Virus record (IMG/VR): IMGVR_UViG_3300042507_007799
Coordinates: 1-42,290 of that record
DNA from: a virus
Taxonomy: Duplodnaviria; Caudoviricetes
Reading direction: 5' to 3' (one strand)
Length of the DNA: 42,290 nucleotides
Below are positions 1-9,661 of this stretch, one piece after another. The notes beneath the pieces were generated by a model that saw only the letters and a list, made by a program, of their open reading frames with translations, searched no databases and had not been told where the DNA came from. Each line of letters opens with the position of its first letter. Position 1 is the first letter of the stretch. The position numbers were made by a program, and so were the translations under genes.

Positions 1-29
1 AGCTTGGAGAAATACTGTAGATTTATAAT

Positions 30-1559
30 ATGGATTTTAAATATAAAACAGAATTTGATGTTTCTATTCGCCAGTGTAAAATTGGCGAAAACTCTTTTAT
101 TTCCACAGCTTCGCTAGAGAATCTTAAAAACTTTCTTCCAAGTCAAAGCATTGACTTGGGCAAAAATATTGACCTCATGGGAGTGGCTTTTGACGCTGCT
201 GTTGTTAATCAATTTAATCGCAACGACGACGGTATTGACTCTGAAACCGCTGTTCAAATTGCACCTTATTTCATTCACAAACCAACAAACATTGAACACA
301 ATAAAAAACAAATTGTTGGTCACATTGTTTCTGCTGGATTTAGTTCTTGGAACGAAAATGTTCCAATGACTAATCAAGAAGTTGTTGAAACTAATGGTTT
401 AGTAAACTTGTCTCTTGGAGCGGTTATTTATAAATTAATTGATCCTAAATTTACCGACTTGGTTTATAAATCAACCAGCGAAGATAGTAATTTATTTAAT
501 GCAGTTTCCGCAAGTTGGGAACTTGGATTTAATGAGTATGTTTTAGCGCTTGGCAGCACTAATTTAAAAGATGCTGAAATTATTGCTAATCCAAAACATA
601 TTGAAGAATTAAAAGGCAATCTTCGCGCTTATGGCGGCACTGGCAAAACCAAAGATGGTTCTAAAATTTATCGCTTGGTTAAAGGAAATGTTTATCCTTT
701 AGGTATTGGATTTACTTCAAATCCTGCTGCCAATGTTAAAGGCTTGTTGCTTGATAATGGCAATCCTCCAGAAGAAAACGTTTCATTCAAAGACCCAAGA
801 GATAAGAAAGTATTTGCAATGAATACAAAAAATATTTCCCAATTCAAAATCGAAGATGTAAACACTAAAAAATCTATGGATTTAGAAACATTCCTTTCAG
901 AACTTAAAGCTTCTCTTACAGAGAAGAAATTTTCGGAAGAAGCTATCGCCAGCATGACAAGCACCTTTGCTGATGCAATTCGTCAAAAAGACGATGAGTA
1001 TCGCACTGCCAAAGCTGAGAAAGAAGCTTCCGAAACAAAGGCCAAAGAACTTTTGGCTTCCGTCGAAACTCTTCAAAAAGACTTGGCCGATGCAAAAGTC
1101 AAGCTTCAAGAAATTGAAGCTGCTCAAGACGCCGAAAAAGCCTTGGCTCGTTTCAGTGCTCGCATGTCAAACATTGACGAGGTTTACGCTCTTGAAGACG
1201 AAGATCGCAAAGTAATCGCTTCTGAACTTAAAGAAGTTGATGCTTCTGACGAAGCTTTCGCCACTTATCAAGAAAAGCTTGCGGTTGTTCTTAAGCACAA
1301 GAATAAAGAAGTTCTTGCTCGCATTGCTGAAGAAGCAGAGGCCAAAATCGCTGCTGAAGTTGAAAAACGTTTGGCCGAACTTAACAAATCCACAGCTTCC
1401 ACAAAAACTGAAGCTGAACTCGCAGAAGAAGCGCTTGAAAAAGCAAAAGCTTCTGGCAGCACACTTCCCAATAACAACGGTGAAACTTCACAGGAAAACA
1501 AGAGCTTGAAAGAAAAATTTGCCTCTGCCTTTTCCCGTGAAAACATTTTAATTTCCTAA
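30..1559 (+). CDS. Prohead maturation protease fused to C-terminal coiled-coil scaffold
   Basis: The N-half has HKPTNIEH..IVGHI, ASWELGF and GIGFTSNPAA, resembling the His/Ser motifs of HK97/herpes-type prohead proteases. The C-half is an E/K/A-rich coiled coil. It lies directly upstream of the decoration and capsid genes. Confidence 0.75.
   Translation: MDFKYKTEFDVSIRQCKIGENSFISTASLENLKNFLPSQSIDLGKNIDLMGVAFDAAVVNQFNRNDDGIDSETAVQIAPYFIHKPTNIEHNKKQIVGHIVSAGFSSWNENVPMTNQEVVETNGLVNLSLGAVIYKLIDPKFTDLVYKSTSEDSNLFNAVSASWELGFNEYVLALGSTNLKDAEIIANPKHIEELKGNLRAYGGTGKTKDGSKIYRLVKGNVYPLGIGFTSNPAANVKGLLLDNGNPPEENVSFKDPRDKKVFAMNTKNISQFKIEDVNTKKSMDLETFLSELKASLTEKKFSEEAIASMTSTFADAIRQKDDEYRTAKAEKEASETKAKELLASVETLQKDLADAKVKLQEIEAAQDAEKALARFSARMSNIDEVYALEDEDRKVIASELKEVDASDEAFATYQEKLAVVLKHKNKEVLARIAEEAEAKIAAEVEKRLAELNKSTASTKTEAELAEEALEKAKASGSTLPNNNGETSQENKSLKEKFASAFSRENILIS
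876..1559 (+). CDS. Probable nested in-frame scaffold protein (MDLETFL...)
   Basis: In-frame ATG at 876 at the start of the coiled coil, 14 nt after an ATGTAA motif (856-861). Codon style shifts toward that of the capsid gene. Confidence 0.55.
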   Translation: MDLETFLSELKASLTEKKFSEEAIASMTSTFADAIRQKDDEYRTAKAEKEASETKAKELLASVETLQKDLADAKVKLQEIEAAQDAEKALARFSARMSNIDEVYALEDEDRKVIASELKEVDASDEAFATYQEKLAVVLKHKNKEVLARIAEEAEAKIAAEVEKRLAELNKSTASTKTEAELAEEALEKAKASGSTLPNNNGETSQENKSLKEKFASAFSRENILIS

Positions 1560-1573
1560 TTTAACTACACAAT

Positions 1574-2209
1574 ATGGCTACCAGACTACTCCCATTCCGT
1601 CAATATGATGACAACGATGTTGTCAATATGTATGCACTTGTAGATGCTGCCGTCAACGAATCCGTAACTGGCGTTGGCAGCGGTGATGCAGGTGTTTTTG
1701 TTAAAGTCTCCGCTGGAAACTTTGACCTCGACCCAGTAACTTACGCTTCCAATAGCTATCTCGGCAAAACCGACTATCCTTTCGTTGGCGCTAACAGCTA
1801 TCCTTCTGTCAACCTCAAGGTTACCCCTGCTGCTTCTGGCGACACCACCAACTGCCTTGGCATCACTCTTCGCCAGACTGCAAAGACTGACGAAAACGGC
1901 GAAAAACTTCTTTACTATCGCCAAAAAGCCGAAGAACTCATGTGCGTGCTTCCTGGACAAGCTGTTCCAGTTGCAACTCGCGGTATCTTCTCTCTTGGCA
2001 AAAATGCTTTCGGCGGTGGCACTGTCACTGGCAATAACCTCTTTGTAGGTAGCGGCGTTAAGCTCTCTGCCACTCAAGGTAACATCACTGGCTGCGTGCA
2101 TAGCGATGCAGGCAAGATTGGTATCGTTCTTGGTACTGGCACTCGCACTTCTCAAAACACAACTGACCAATTCGCAGGCGATTTCGTCGTGATCGGTCTT
2201 CGCATGTAA
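1574..2209 (+). CDS. Capsid decoration/cement protein
   Basis: 211 aa, Gly/Ala/Thr-rich, located between scaffold and major capsid. Contains PGQAVPVATRGIF and shares the capsid gene's codon usage. Confidence 0.6.
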   Translation: MATRLLPFRQYDDNDVVNMYALVDAAVNESVTGVGSGDAGVFVKVSAGNFDLDPVTYASNSYLGKTDYPFVGANSYPSVNLKVTPAASGDTTNCLGITLRQTAKTDENGEKLLYYRQKAEELMCVLPGQAVPVATRGIFSLGKNAFGGGTVTGNNLFVGSGVKLSATQGNITGCVHSDAGKIGIVLGTGTRTSQNTTDQFAGDFVVIGLRM

Positions 2210-2236
2210 TCTTAACCAAGGAGGAAACAATTTAAT

Positions 2237-3346
2237 ATGAAAATCTCTCTCAAAAGAACTCCAGAACAAGTCGAACTAATCAAGGCTATGGCTTCTCGCA
2301 ACCGTCAGGTTGCTTACGAAGCTCAAGTAGCTCTTGCTGAGTTCATTGGCCCCGTTCTAGCCGAAGTCATCAATAACGCTCCAACCCTTAGTAATCTCTT
2401 TACTCAGTTGCAGTTCAACGCTGACGATAATCCTTCCATCCCGCTTGACCTTTACTATGATATTTCCGACGAGGACTATATCACTGTTTACAGCCAAAGC
2501 GCTGCTGGTGGTCTTCCACAGAACCAAGTCCTTCCGACTGTTTCTGAAATGAAGATTGCTACCTACTCCCTTGATTCTGCTCTTAGCTTCGACCGTCGCT
2601 ATGCAGCCAAGAGCCGCATGGACGTAGTTAGCAAGACCTTCACTCGCATGGCTCAAGAAATCCTTCTTAAGCAGGAGCGCACCAGCGCAAACCTTCTTAT
2701 GACTGCTCTTACGAATGCCACCACAAATGGCTTGGCTCACGTTATCGAGTCCACCACTGCTGGTACATTCTTGCTTCAAGACCTCAATAACCTTATCACT
2801 CGCGCTCGCCGCATCAACACCTCCTTCTCCAAGGGTACTCCAGAAGGCGCTGCTAATGCTCGCGGTATCACTGACCTCATCATCTCTCCAGAAATTGAGA
2901 ACAGCATCCGCGCTATGGCTTATAACCCAATCAACACCAAGGGCGCTGCTGGCGCAGCACTAGGAAGCTCCGATTACCGCTCAAACGGTATTGCTGCTCC
3001 TGATGAAATGCGCATGGCTCTTTATAACGCCGCTGGCTTGCCTGAGTTCTATGGCATCTCTATGATGGTCATCAACGAACTTGGCGCTGGTCAAAAGTAT
3101 AATGATATTTATACTGCTGTTGGTGGTTCCTTTAGCGGTAGCCGCACTGAAGTTGCTATTGCTCTTGACCGTAGCCGTGAGTCACTCATCCGCGCCACTG
3201 CAATTGACAGCGACAGCGGTTCCGAGTTCAGCCTCATCGCTGACGACCAATACAGCATCCGTCAAAACAAGATTGGTTACTTCGGTTCACTTGAAGAAGG
3301 TCGCTTGATTCTTGATAATCGCGCCCTATTCGGTATCGAAATCTAA
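2237..3346 (+). CDS. Major capsid protein (HK97 fold expected)
   Basis: 369 aa in the canonical position. AGGAGG at 2219-2224, strong codon bias and a terminator immediately downstream. Confidence 0.8.
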   Translation: MKISLKRTPEQVELIKAMASRNRQVAYEAQVALAEFIGPVLAEVINNAPTLSNLFTQLQFNADDNPSIPLDLYYDISDEDYITVYSQSAAGGLPQNQVLPTVSEMKIATYSLDSALSFDRRYAAKSRMDVVSKTFTRMAQEILLKQERTSANLLMTALTNATTNGLAHVIESTTAGTFLLQDLNNLITRARRINTSFSKGTPEGAANARGITDLIISPEIENSIRAMAYNPINTKGAAGAALGSSDYRSNGIAAPDEMRMALYNAAGLPEFYGISMMVINELGAGQKYNDIYTAVGGSFSGSRTEVAIALDRSRESLIRATAIDSDSGSEFSLIADDQYSIRQNKIGYFGSLEEGRLILDNRALFGIEI

Positions 3347-3361
3347 TCGAGAAAAAATTAG

Positions 3362-3392
3362 GGGGCCGTCCGAAAGGACGGTCCCTTTTTTT
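3362..3392 (+). terminator. Intrinsic terminator after the capsid operon
   Basis: GGGGCCGTCC-GAAA-GGACGGTCCC hairpin followed by a T7 tract. Confidence 0.9.
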
Positions 3393-3426
3393 GTTTATTT
3401 TTTAAAGTTTAACTGTATTATAATGT

Positions 3427-3792
3427 ATGAACTTAAAAGACGAACTCAATAACCTTGAGCACATTAACGGTAAAGAGCGCAAAGAACAAATTCTCAAACT
3501 TGAGAAAATCCTTGGAGTGCAAGAAGTTAATCCATTTAAAACAACTGATTCCGAAGTCTTTGAAGAACGCTTGGCCGAAATGAATTATGCTGAAATGCAA
3601 TCACTAGCTATGCGTGTTGGCCTTAGCCCATATCTTCAAAAGCCTCAATTAAAAAAGGCTCTAGCCAAACAATTTAGAAGTTATAACTTAAATGCTTCAG
3701 GAAAGCTTCTACCTCTTTCCACTAATTCTGTAAAGCTAGACCCAAATAACCCAAAACATCAAAAAGCACTTAAAATCTTAGGAGAATTTTAA
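3427..3792 (+). CDS. Hypothetical protein with Rho-N/HeH-like helical motif
   Basis: LAEMNYAEMQSLAMRVGL...KPQLKKAL fits the helix-extension-helix pattern often found next to capsid genes. Confidence 0.45.
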   Translation: MNLKDELNNLEHINGKERKEQILKLEKILGVQEVNPFKTTDSEVFEERLAEMNYAEMQSLAMRVGLSPYLQKPQLKKALAKQFRSYNLNASGKLLPLSTNSVKLDPNNPKHQKALKILGEF

Positions 3793-4301
3793 TGAGCGTA
3801 TATTCTGACTTAGCCCAAGAAGTTTTCTCTGTTGAGTTTGGTTCTGAAACTGGTACAACCACTTTTACCCAAATCAGTGGTTGGTTTTCTACTAATTTAG
3901 GACTTCTTAACAACTTGCTTTATACAAATTTTAGCGGTTCTGATCCCTCTTTGGGAGAAGAAGAGAAGTCTATTTTTAAAGAGCTTTATTTAAGCAATTT
4001 TTATTCGCGCCAAGCTCGTAATGCTCTTCGTGGCATTTTGGCGTCTAGTAATAATGGCGACAATATTCTTTCTGTTTCTGATGGTGATAATTCAATCACA
4101 TTTGTTAATCGCAACGAAGTGAGTAAAGTTTATCGTGGTTTAGCTACAGACTCTCAAGCAAAACTCAAAGAGCTTGTTTATGCCTACAATAGCTACAAGG
4201 CAGAACCTCGTCAACTTGGCGGTATTGAAGCTGGCTATCAGTCTGGCAGTGGGTATTACTATGGGTTTCCATACGCCTACTATCCTGGCGGTTATCTATA
4301 A
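3792..4301 (+). CDS. Putative head-tail adaptor
   Basis: Size, position and SVSDGDNSITF (adaptor-like 'S.S.GD.S..F'). Coupled to the upstream gene via TAATG. Confidence 0.5.
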   Translation: MSVYSDLAQEVFSVEFGSETGTTTFTQISGWFSTNLGLLNNLLYTNFSGSDPSLGEEEKSIFKELYLSNFYSRQARNALRGILASSNNGDNILSVSDGDNSITFVNRNEVSKVYRGLATDSQAKLKELVYAYNSYKAEPRQLGGIEAGYQSGSGYYYGFPYAYYPGGYL

Positions 4302-4324
4302 AGCGAATATTGAAAGCATAAATA

Positions 4325-4360
4325 AAAAACCCCGCTCCTTTTGGGAGCGGGGTTTTATTT
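4325..4360. terminator. Bidirectional intrinsic terminator
   Basis: AAAACCCCGCTCC-loop-GGAGCGGGGTTTT between convergent genes. Confidence 0.9.
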
Positions 4361-4369
4361 TATTGAGTA

Positions 4370-5512
4370 TTAGAACGCTCTAGCGGAAGAACCAGAGAAG
4401 TAAATACCACGAATTGGGTCGTTAGGACCACCAATTTGAGTGGAGAAACTAAGGTCAACGCTCTTATTAGAACCAATGTCAGAAGAGTAGCTTTCGCTAT
4501 CGAGACGAGCGGCTCTAAAAGTATATCGCACAGCAGGAGTAGAAGTTCCAGGGGCATTAATGGTGAGAGTAATGTCTCTCTCAGTGCCATCGTCAATCAT
4601 ATCAGCAAGGTTACGAGCTTGAACTTCATTCACAAGAGCGTTAACACTCATTGTAGCGGTTACAGGGAAGTCGGTTACGCGAGCGAACGCGAAACGACTG
4701 CCAAGACGCTCAATTGGAGTGCGGCTCATTGGAAGAGAAAGGCTAACGCTTTGGATATTGATAGCGTCAGAAGAACCGTCAACTGTTGAAGTTGGAGTAC
4801 CACCAGTGCCAGTGAATCCACCGAAGCTGAGAGTAATATCACCAGGGCGAAGAGCGGTTACGCCGTCACCAGTAGAAGGTGTTGGTAGTTGAACATAGTC
4901 GCTAGTTCCAGTGAAGAGCTTTGTACCAGAAGCAGGATTAATAGCTGGAGTATTAAAGCCAGTAACAGCACCGTTCATGACATAGCTAGAGGCATTGAAA
5001 CCAAGACCTTCAACAGATACAGAAACGGTTGGGAGATCACCAACAGCAGCATTGAGAGTGTAGTCAGTAATGAAACCGTTGCCAATACCAATAACGCCTT
5101 TACCGCTATAAGCAGTAGTGCCAGTATTGTTATTAAGGTCAATACCTTCTGAATCGGTTACAATAAAGAAGTTTCTGCCAGAAGAGCTGATCATTTGACC
5201 AGAGGCAAAGTTGCCAGAAGTGGTTGGACCAGCAGGGCCACCAGTTCCTTGCATGTAGAAACCAAGAGCGGATTCATTGAATCCGTCAGCGAGATAGTAT
5301 GAGAAGTCCAAGCTCACAGTCGGAGACTGTAGAACAAGAGCATCAATACGAGCAAGCTGCCCAAATTGGTTTACGTCTTGGCGTGTGATTTCAAAGCTAT
5401 AGTTAGCGCTTTGAACACGCTTTAGCTGCTTGTGTTCAGCAGAAGTTTTAGATGAGAGTCCGCTGCTTACAAACAGCCCTTCAGATTGATAAATTACGCG
5501 ATTTCTTGCCAT
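4370..5512 (-). CDS. Major tail tube protein with internal two-domain duplication
   Basis: Beta-rich and S/T/G-rich, with high-expression codon usage and a position after the neck genes. The two halves share a VQS...R..(V/I)..(F/L)G...P pattern. Confidence 0.7.
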   Translation of the reverse strand: MARNRVIYQSEGLFVSSGLSSKTSAEHKQLKRVQSANYSFEITRQDVNQFGQLARIDALVLQSPTVSLDFSYYLADGFNESALGFYMQGTGGPAGPTTSGNFASGQMISSSGRNFFIVTDSEGIDLNNNTGTTAYSGKGVIGIGNGFITDYTLNAAVGDLPTVSVSVEGLGFNASSYVMNGAVTGFNTPAINPASGTKLFTGTSDYVQLPTPSTGDGVTALRPGDITLSFGGFTGTGGTPTSTVDGSSDAINIQSVSLSLPMSRTPIERLGSRFAFARVTDFPVTATMSVNALVNEVQARNLADMIDDGTERDITLTINAPGTSTPAVRYTFRAARLDSESYSSDIGSNKSVDLSFSTQIGGPNDPIRGIYFSGSSARAF

Positions 5513-5557
5513 AAAAGAAAGTTTAACTGATTTACATTTAAAAGTCCTAAATGAGAA

Positions 5558-6430
5558 CTAGATTCTAGGATACCTCATTATAGACACATCAAAATCAATG
5601 AATCCAACATACAAATCATTTACTAATGACTTTCTTGGTTTGTCATTCATTTTTGATGTTTTAACTCTTTCAATAAAATATTTATTGTTGTTTTGGTATT
5701 GGGTTTTTAAATTCTGATAATTATAGTAGCCGCTTTTCAAATCTCCATATTCAGTAAAAGGATAATTGTCGAAAGGAACATCAACAATGCTTTCGTTTCT
5801 TGAATCAGCAAAAATAGATAAAACTCCATCAAGTTGATATGGGGTTTCGGCAATTACTACAGCATTTAAATTAGTTGTTGTTTGATCCATGCCGCCAAAA
5901 GCAAACGGCTTATTCTCAAATGCAGCATTGCAAATATAGATTGCTGGAACAACTTGATCGTATGGTTGAACGTATGTAGGACTCAGATTCGTGCCTATTT
6001 TGCTTTGCGGAATGAATTTATTTTCAATCAATAAGTCTTCTTCTGTTTCATTAGTATAGTAAACATTAAAGTCCTTGGTGGCAAAAGCTCCTGTAACAAC
6101 TGCTCCAGTTGCAGCGCCACTAATTAAAGTGCGGCCATTCTCAAAATCAAGAATTCTTGAGCTTGTTGCATTGTTTGCTCCAGTAGCGCGGCCAGAAAAC
6201 ACGCCATTAATAAAAACTCCAGAAGGAATCGTTGCGCCAGTAATAGAATAGTCAGAAACCCACTGTTTGTAAGGACTGCCGAAAACTTTGTATGTGCTAG
6301 GAATTCTCTCATCTTCATAATAATAAAAACGACCAGTTGTATTAGTGTATGCTTGTCCCTTGGTTAATAAATAATTATCAAACCATAAGAGAAAAGACGA
6401 TGATAGTTTGTGTTGAAATTGAGGAATCAT
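5558..6430 (-). CDS. Putative tail completion/terminator-like protein
   Basis: Immediately upstream of the tail tube in the neck block. Contains a VVPAIYI motif and C-terminal GFIDFDV. Confidence 0.45.
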   Translation of the reverse strand: MIPQFQHKLSSSFLLWFDNYLLTKGQAYTNTTGRFYYYEDERIPSTYKVFGSPYKQWVSDYSITGATIPSGVFINGVFSGRATGANNATSSRILDFENGRTLISGAATGAVVTGAFATKDFNVYYTNETEEDLLIENKFIPQSKIGTNLSPTYVQPYDQVVPAIYICNAAFENKPFAFGGMDQTTTNLNAVVIAETPYQLDGVLSIFADSRNESIVDVPFDNYPFTEYGDLKSGYYNYQNLKTQYQNNNKYFIERVKTSKMNDKPRKSLVNDLYVGFIDFDVSIMRYPRI

Positions 6431-7050
6431 AGAATGCCCGTAAGAACGACAGTGTTGCCGATTTGCTGGAATTTTTTGGTATATTTATTTAATAGCGCAG
6501 AAATATATGAAGTATTTTTAAACTTACCTTTTCTAATTACACTTTGCGCTTGAATACCCGCGCTAGAACGACTTAAATTTGAGTCTATATTTAGATAATA
6601 GCCAAAACCAGATATGCCTCGTTCTATGCCTTCTGCCCAAGAGCGGCCACTTGCCCAGGGCACAGGAGTAGCCGAAAAAATATCTTCTTTTGAAGGGATA
6701 AAAATCTTCATTAAAAATCCAGATTCAGTATCTCGACTATTTTCTATTTTGCTCGATTCAAGAAAATCAATAATTGGTTCTAGTGGCGAATCTCCCTCAT
6801 CAAACCCAATGAATGAAAAAAGATTGCCATAGCCCCCTAGAGTATCGCTAGTATTTTCAGCATTTGGTCCACCAAGAATTTCAACAGAAACAGGATGCGC
6901 CAAAAACTCCTCAAGCATCTCTTTTTTCATTTTTTCAAAAGCAGCAATGATTCTTTGCTGGAAAGCTTTACGGTTTTGCTTTACAGTTTCGCGAACAACA
7001 AATTTTTCTAATTCTTTTGCAAAAGATTTTGAAGAAGCTTTTTTTGCCAT
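6427..7050 (-). CDS. Putative neck protein (HK97 gp10-like position)
   Basis: Basic N-terminal helix and WAEGIERG motif. Lies between the head-closure-like and terminator-like genes. Confidence 0.4.
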   Translation of the reverse strand: MAKKASSKSFAKELEKFVVRETVKQNRKAFQQRIIAAFEKMKKEMLEEFLAHPVSVEILGGPNAENTSDTLGGYGNLFSFIGFDEGDSPLEPIIDFLESSKIENSRDTESGFLMKIFIPSKEDIFSATPVPWASGRSWAEGIERGISGFGYYLNIDSNLSRSSAGIQAQSVIRKGKFKNTSYISALLNKYTKKFQQIGNTVVLTGIL

Positions 7051-7514
7051 TATTCGTCCATTGGGATTAAAATAAATTCATAATATTGAGGGCCAAACAT
7101 GCCAAGGGGTTTGCCATCGCTCTTGATTGAGAAACGTCGCCCATCTAGCTCAACTCTTTTAGCTTCACGAACATATTCATAACCTTCTAAATTTACTTTA
7201 ATTTTAACGGTTCCAGCAGGAAGAACAATTTTATCTTGGCCAGATGAGTAAGTAGAATTTGTTGAAGAAGTGTCTCTTAAAAGCTCTTCATTCATTTCAA
7301 CATATTTAATTCGCGCTTGAAAAGTTTGTGAGACTTCTGTTGTTTCCGTATTGGAGGACTGCTGGCGGTAAAGCGCATTGTAAGTGGGCGAAGAAGCAAT
7401 AACAGTTCTTTGTCCAATTTTAAATACAGTAATCTCGCGAGCAAAAGTGTCGTGGATTTGATCAATAATTGATTTGATGTTGTTTTTTTGGTTTTCTGAT
7501 AAAAATCCAGCCAT
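7050..7514 (-). CDS. Putative head-closure/stopper protein
   Basis: 154 aa, beta-rich, with an RVELDGRRFSI motif of the SPP1 gp16/lambda FII type. Confidence 0.5.
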   Translation of the reverse strand: MAGFLSENQKNNIKSIIDQIHDTFAREITVFKIGQRTVIASSPTYNALYRQQSSNTETTEVSQTFQARIKYVEMNEELLRDTSSTNSTYSSGQDKIVLPAGTVKIKVNLEGYEYVREAKRVELDGRRFSIKSDGKPLGMFGPQYYEFILIPMDE

Positions 7515-7525
7515 ATTATTTATTT

Positions 7526-7531
7526 TTACAC
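7526..7531 (-). promoter_or_regulatory. GTGTAA motif (candidate late promoter) before the neck/tail-tube block
   Basis: 11 nt upstream of ATG 7514. The motif recurs before many genes. Confidence 0.6.
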
Positions 7532-7562
7532 TTTTTGTTTTATTATAATAAAGGTATAAGGC

Positions 7563-7853
7563 ATGAACGCAAAAAAAATCTTATCTCGTCGTTATAACGA
7601 CAACACTACACATCTCTTTAAACAGTTTTTAAGAATTGTGGAAGAGTTAAAACGAGATCACGATGACTCTTATAAGAAACTGCGCGAAAATTTGCCAGAA
7701 CAATACTCTTCTGTTTTAAACATGGGAGACTATTTTGACGACAATAAAATGTCTTATATCAGAAAAAAGATTTTAGATTTGGGCAATGAGACTATGCGCT
7801 CCTCAGATTCAGAATTAAATAATTTTACTGTAAGTTTCGTTTTTAAAGATTAA
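7563..7853 (+). CDS. Hypothetical protein
   Basis: 96-aa ORF with AAGG upstream. First gene of the + strand tail block. Confidence 0.6.
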   Translation: MNAKKILSRRYNDNTTHLFKQFLRIVEELKRDHDDSYKKLRENLPEQYSSVLNMGDYFDDNKMSYIRKKILDLGNETMRSSDSELNNFTVSFVFKD

Positions 7854-7868
7854 TATATAACAAGGAAT

Positions 7869-8684
7869 ATGGAATTCAAAGACATCTATAATTTTACTGT
7901 TTATGAAACAGTTGAGAAACCTGTTGAGTCCGTCTCAAAAGACGAACAAGGCAATGAAGTAAAGGTAACTAAAAAGGTAAGCGAGAAATCTCCCATTAAG
8001 GTATTTCTCAAAAAGCCTTCGCGCCGTCAAATCGAAGAAGCTGACTTGGAATACAGTGTGGAGATGTCCCGCTGTGTTAAAAAAGGCATTCTTACTAAAG
8101 CAATGCTTGTTAAAAAGTATTCTGACACTGGCGGCTTGATGAGCGAAACAGAAGCGAAAACTCTTTATCAAAATTACCAAAAGCTTCTAGAACTACAGAG
8201 AGAATATACCGAAAACGAAACTGTCAACAAGACAGATGAAAATCGCAAAAAGAAAACCGAAGCTCTTTCTCTTGAAATGGCTCAAGTTCGCGATCAGATT
8301 GTCAAGACCGAAATGGCTTATCAGTCTCTCTTTGATCATACTGCTGATATGAAGGCGCAGAATCGTCTTCTCATGTGGTATATCATCAACCTTACTTACA
8401 TTCAAAAAGAAGACCAAGACAAACCTAAGCCTTATTTTTCGGGCGAAGATTTTGAAGAACGTCTTGAGGATTATTATCAAAAAGAAGAACAGGAAGACGC
8501 TCTTTATTTTGAGATCGCTCGAAAGGTTTCTAATGTTGCCGCCTTCTGGTTCTATAACCAAGCTGCTAATAAAGAAGATTTCGACGGTTTATTCGAAGAA
8601 AAAGGTGATGCTGAAAAATCTCCTGATTCTTCGGAAGAGTCTCCCAAAGAACAGTCGCCCAAAAAGAAAAAAGTTAAGTCTTGA
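7869..8684 (+). CDS. Putative tail assembly chaperone 1
   Basis: Charged helical protein two genes upstream of the tape measure, with an AAGGA ribosome-binding site. Confidence 0.5.
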   Translation: MEFKDIYNFTVYETVEKPVESVSKDEQGNEVKVTKKVSEKSPIKVFLKKPSRRQIEEADLEYSVEMSRCVKKGILTKAMLVKKYSDTGGLMSETEAKTLYQNYQKLLELQREYTENETVNKTDENRKKKTEALSLEMAQVRDQIVKTEMAYQSLFDHTADMKAQNRLLMWYIINLTYIQKEDQDKPKPYFSGEDFEERLEDYYQKEEQEDALYFEIARKVSNVAAFWFYNQAANKEDFDGLFEEKGDAEKSPDSSEESPKEQSPKKKKVKS

Positions 8685-9661
8685 ATGACAATTTTTACAT
8701 AGAGATTGTTAACGAGATTTTTGATGGATACACACGGTTTGATTTTCAAGGTCAAACCGTGTTTTTGCGCCATTTTTCATTAAAAGATCAAGAGTTCTTA
8801 AATAAGAACTTTGAACAACATAAAAATCGAGCCATTGCAAAAGGCATTCAAGAAGAAAAGGATGTATTGGCGCGGCTAGAAAAAGATGGCACTTGGACAA
8901 AAGATGATGAAGCTAAAATTCTAGAACTAGAAAGCTATATACAAAATCTAGAAAAAACAAAGAGCAAACTCATGCTGCCTTCTCAAAAGGAAAGTCATCA
9001 AAAATTAATTGATGAAGAAAAGTTTAAGCTTCTTGAATTAAAAAGCCAGAAAAAAGAACTTGTGGGCAAAACAGCCACAGAGTATGCGAATAACCGATCC
9101 AACGAAGATTTTTTAAGAAATCTTTTATATAGCGACGAACAAGCTACAAAATTGCTTTTTTCAGACGAAGATTTTGGTGAACTGGATGATAGTGAGCTTT
9201 CATCGCTCATGAACTCTTATTATCAGATCATGAATAAATTCTCTGATGAGAATATTCAATATGCTGTTTTGCAAGATTGTTTTAGTTTGTATTTAAGTCA
9301 CTGCGAAAAGCCTTGGGATTTTTTCGCCAAGCCTTTGATTAAATTTTCGCTATACCAGCTTAAAGTTATTGCTTATGGCAGAATGTTCTTGAATATTTTT
9401 CAAAACGTTGACAAAATTCCAGACTCTATTCGCAAAGACCCCAAAGCTCTCATTGATTTTGCTGAAAGCAGCCGAAACAAAGAAAAGCTCTCAAACTCTG
9501 CAAAAGACAATTCTGCCACTGCTCTTTTTGGCGCAAAAAAAGAAGATTTGGATTTTGTTGATCCAGAGGCCAAGAAAGTTTCTCTTTCAGAATTATTGAA
9601 GAAAAATAACGGGCAATTAAATATGGAACAAATGATGGAAGTTATGGGACAAAAGGTGTAA
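8681..9661 (+). CDS. Putative tail assembly chaperone 2
   Basis: Charged helical protein directly upstream of the tape measure. TTG start overlaps the previous TGA. Confidence 0.5.
   Translation: MNDNFYIEIVNEIFDGYTRFDFQGQTVFLRHFSLKDQEFLNKNFEQHKNRAIAKGIQEEKDVLARLEKDGTWTKDDEAKILELESYIQNLEKTKSKLMLPSQKESHQKLIDEEKFKLLELKSQKKELVGKTATEYANNRSNEDFLRNLLYSDEQATKLLFSDEDFGELDDSELSSLMNSYYQIMNKFSDENIQYAVLQDCFSLYLSHCEKPWDFFAKPLIKFSLYQLKVIAYGRMFLNIFQNVDKIPDSIRKDPKALIDFAESSRNKEKLSNSAKDNSATALFGAKKEDLDFVDPEAKKVSLSELLKKNNGQLNMEQMMEVMGQKV
9656..9661 (+). promoter_or_regulatory. GTGTAA motif before the tape measure gene
   Basis: 21 nt upstream of ATG 9683. Overlaps the upstream stop codon. Confidence 0.55.

Noticed and set aside
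1586-2779. Long antisense ORFs (1586-2269, 2357-2779) and similar ones at 4436-5152 and 35847-36311
   Set aside because: These are shadow ORFs caused by codon bias of the real genes on the opposite strand, with no motifs or start signals.
8657-8680. PKKKKV resembling an SV40-type nuclear localisation signal (with SET domain, hinting at a eukaryotic virus)
   Set aside because: The gene set (DnaE, DnaG, ClpC, tape measure, intrinsic terminators) is bacteriophage-like. A Lys-rich tail in AT-rich DNA is expected by chance.
8655-8690. Programmed -1 frameshift joining the two tail chaperone ORFs at the A-rich run
   Set aside because: The downstream ORF is in the -1 frame, but that frame has TAA at 8675-8677 after the A-run. 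No in-frame X XXY YYZ heptamer is present.
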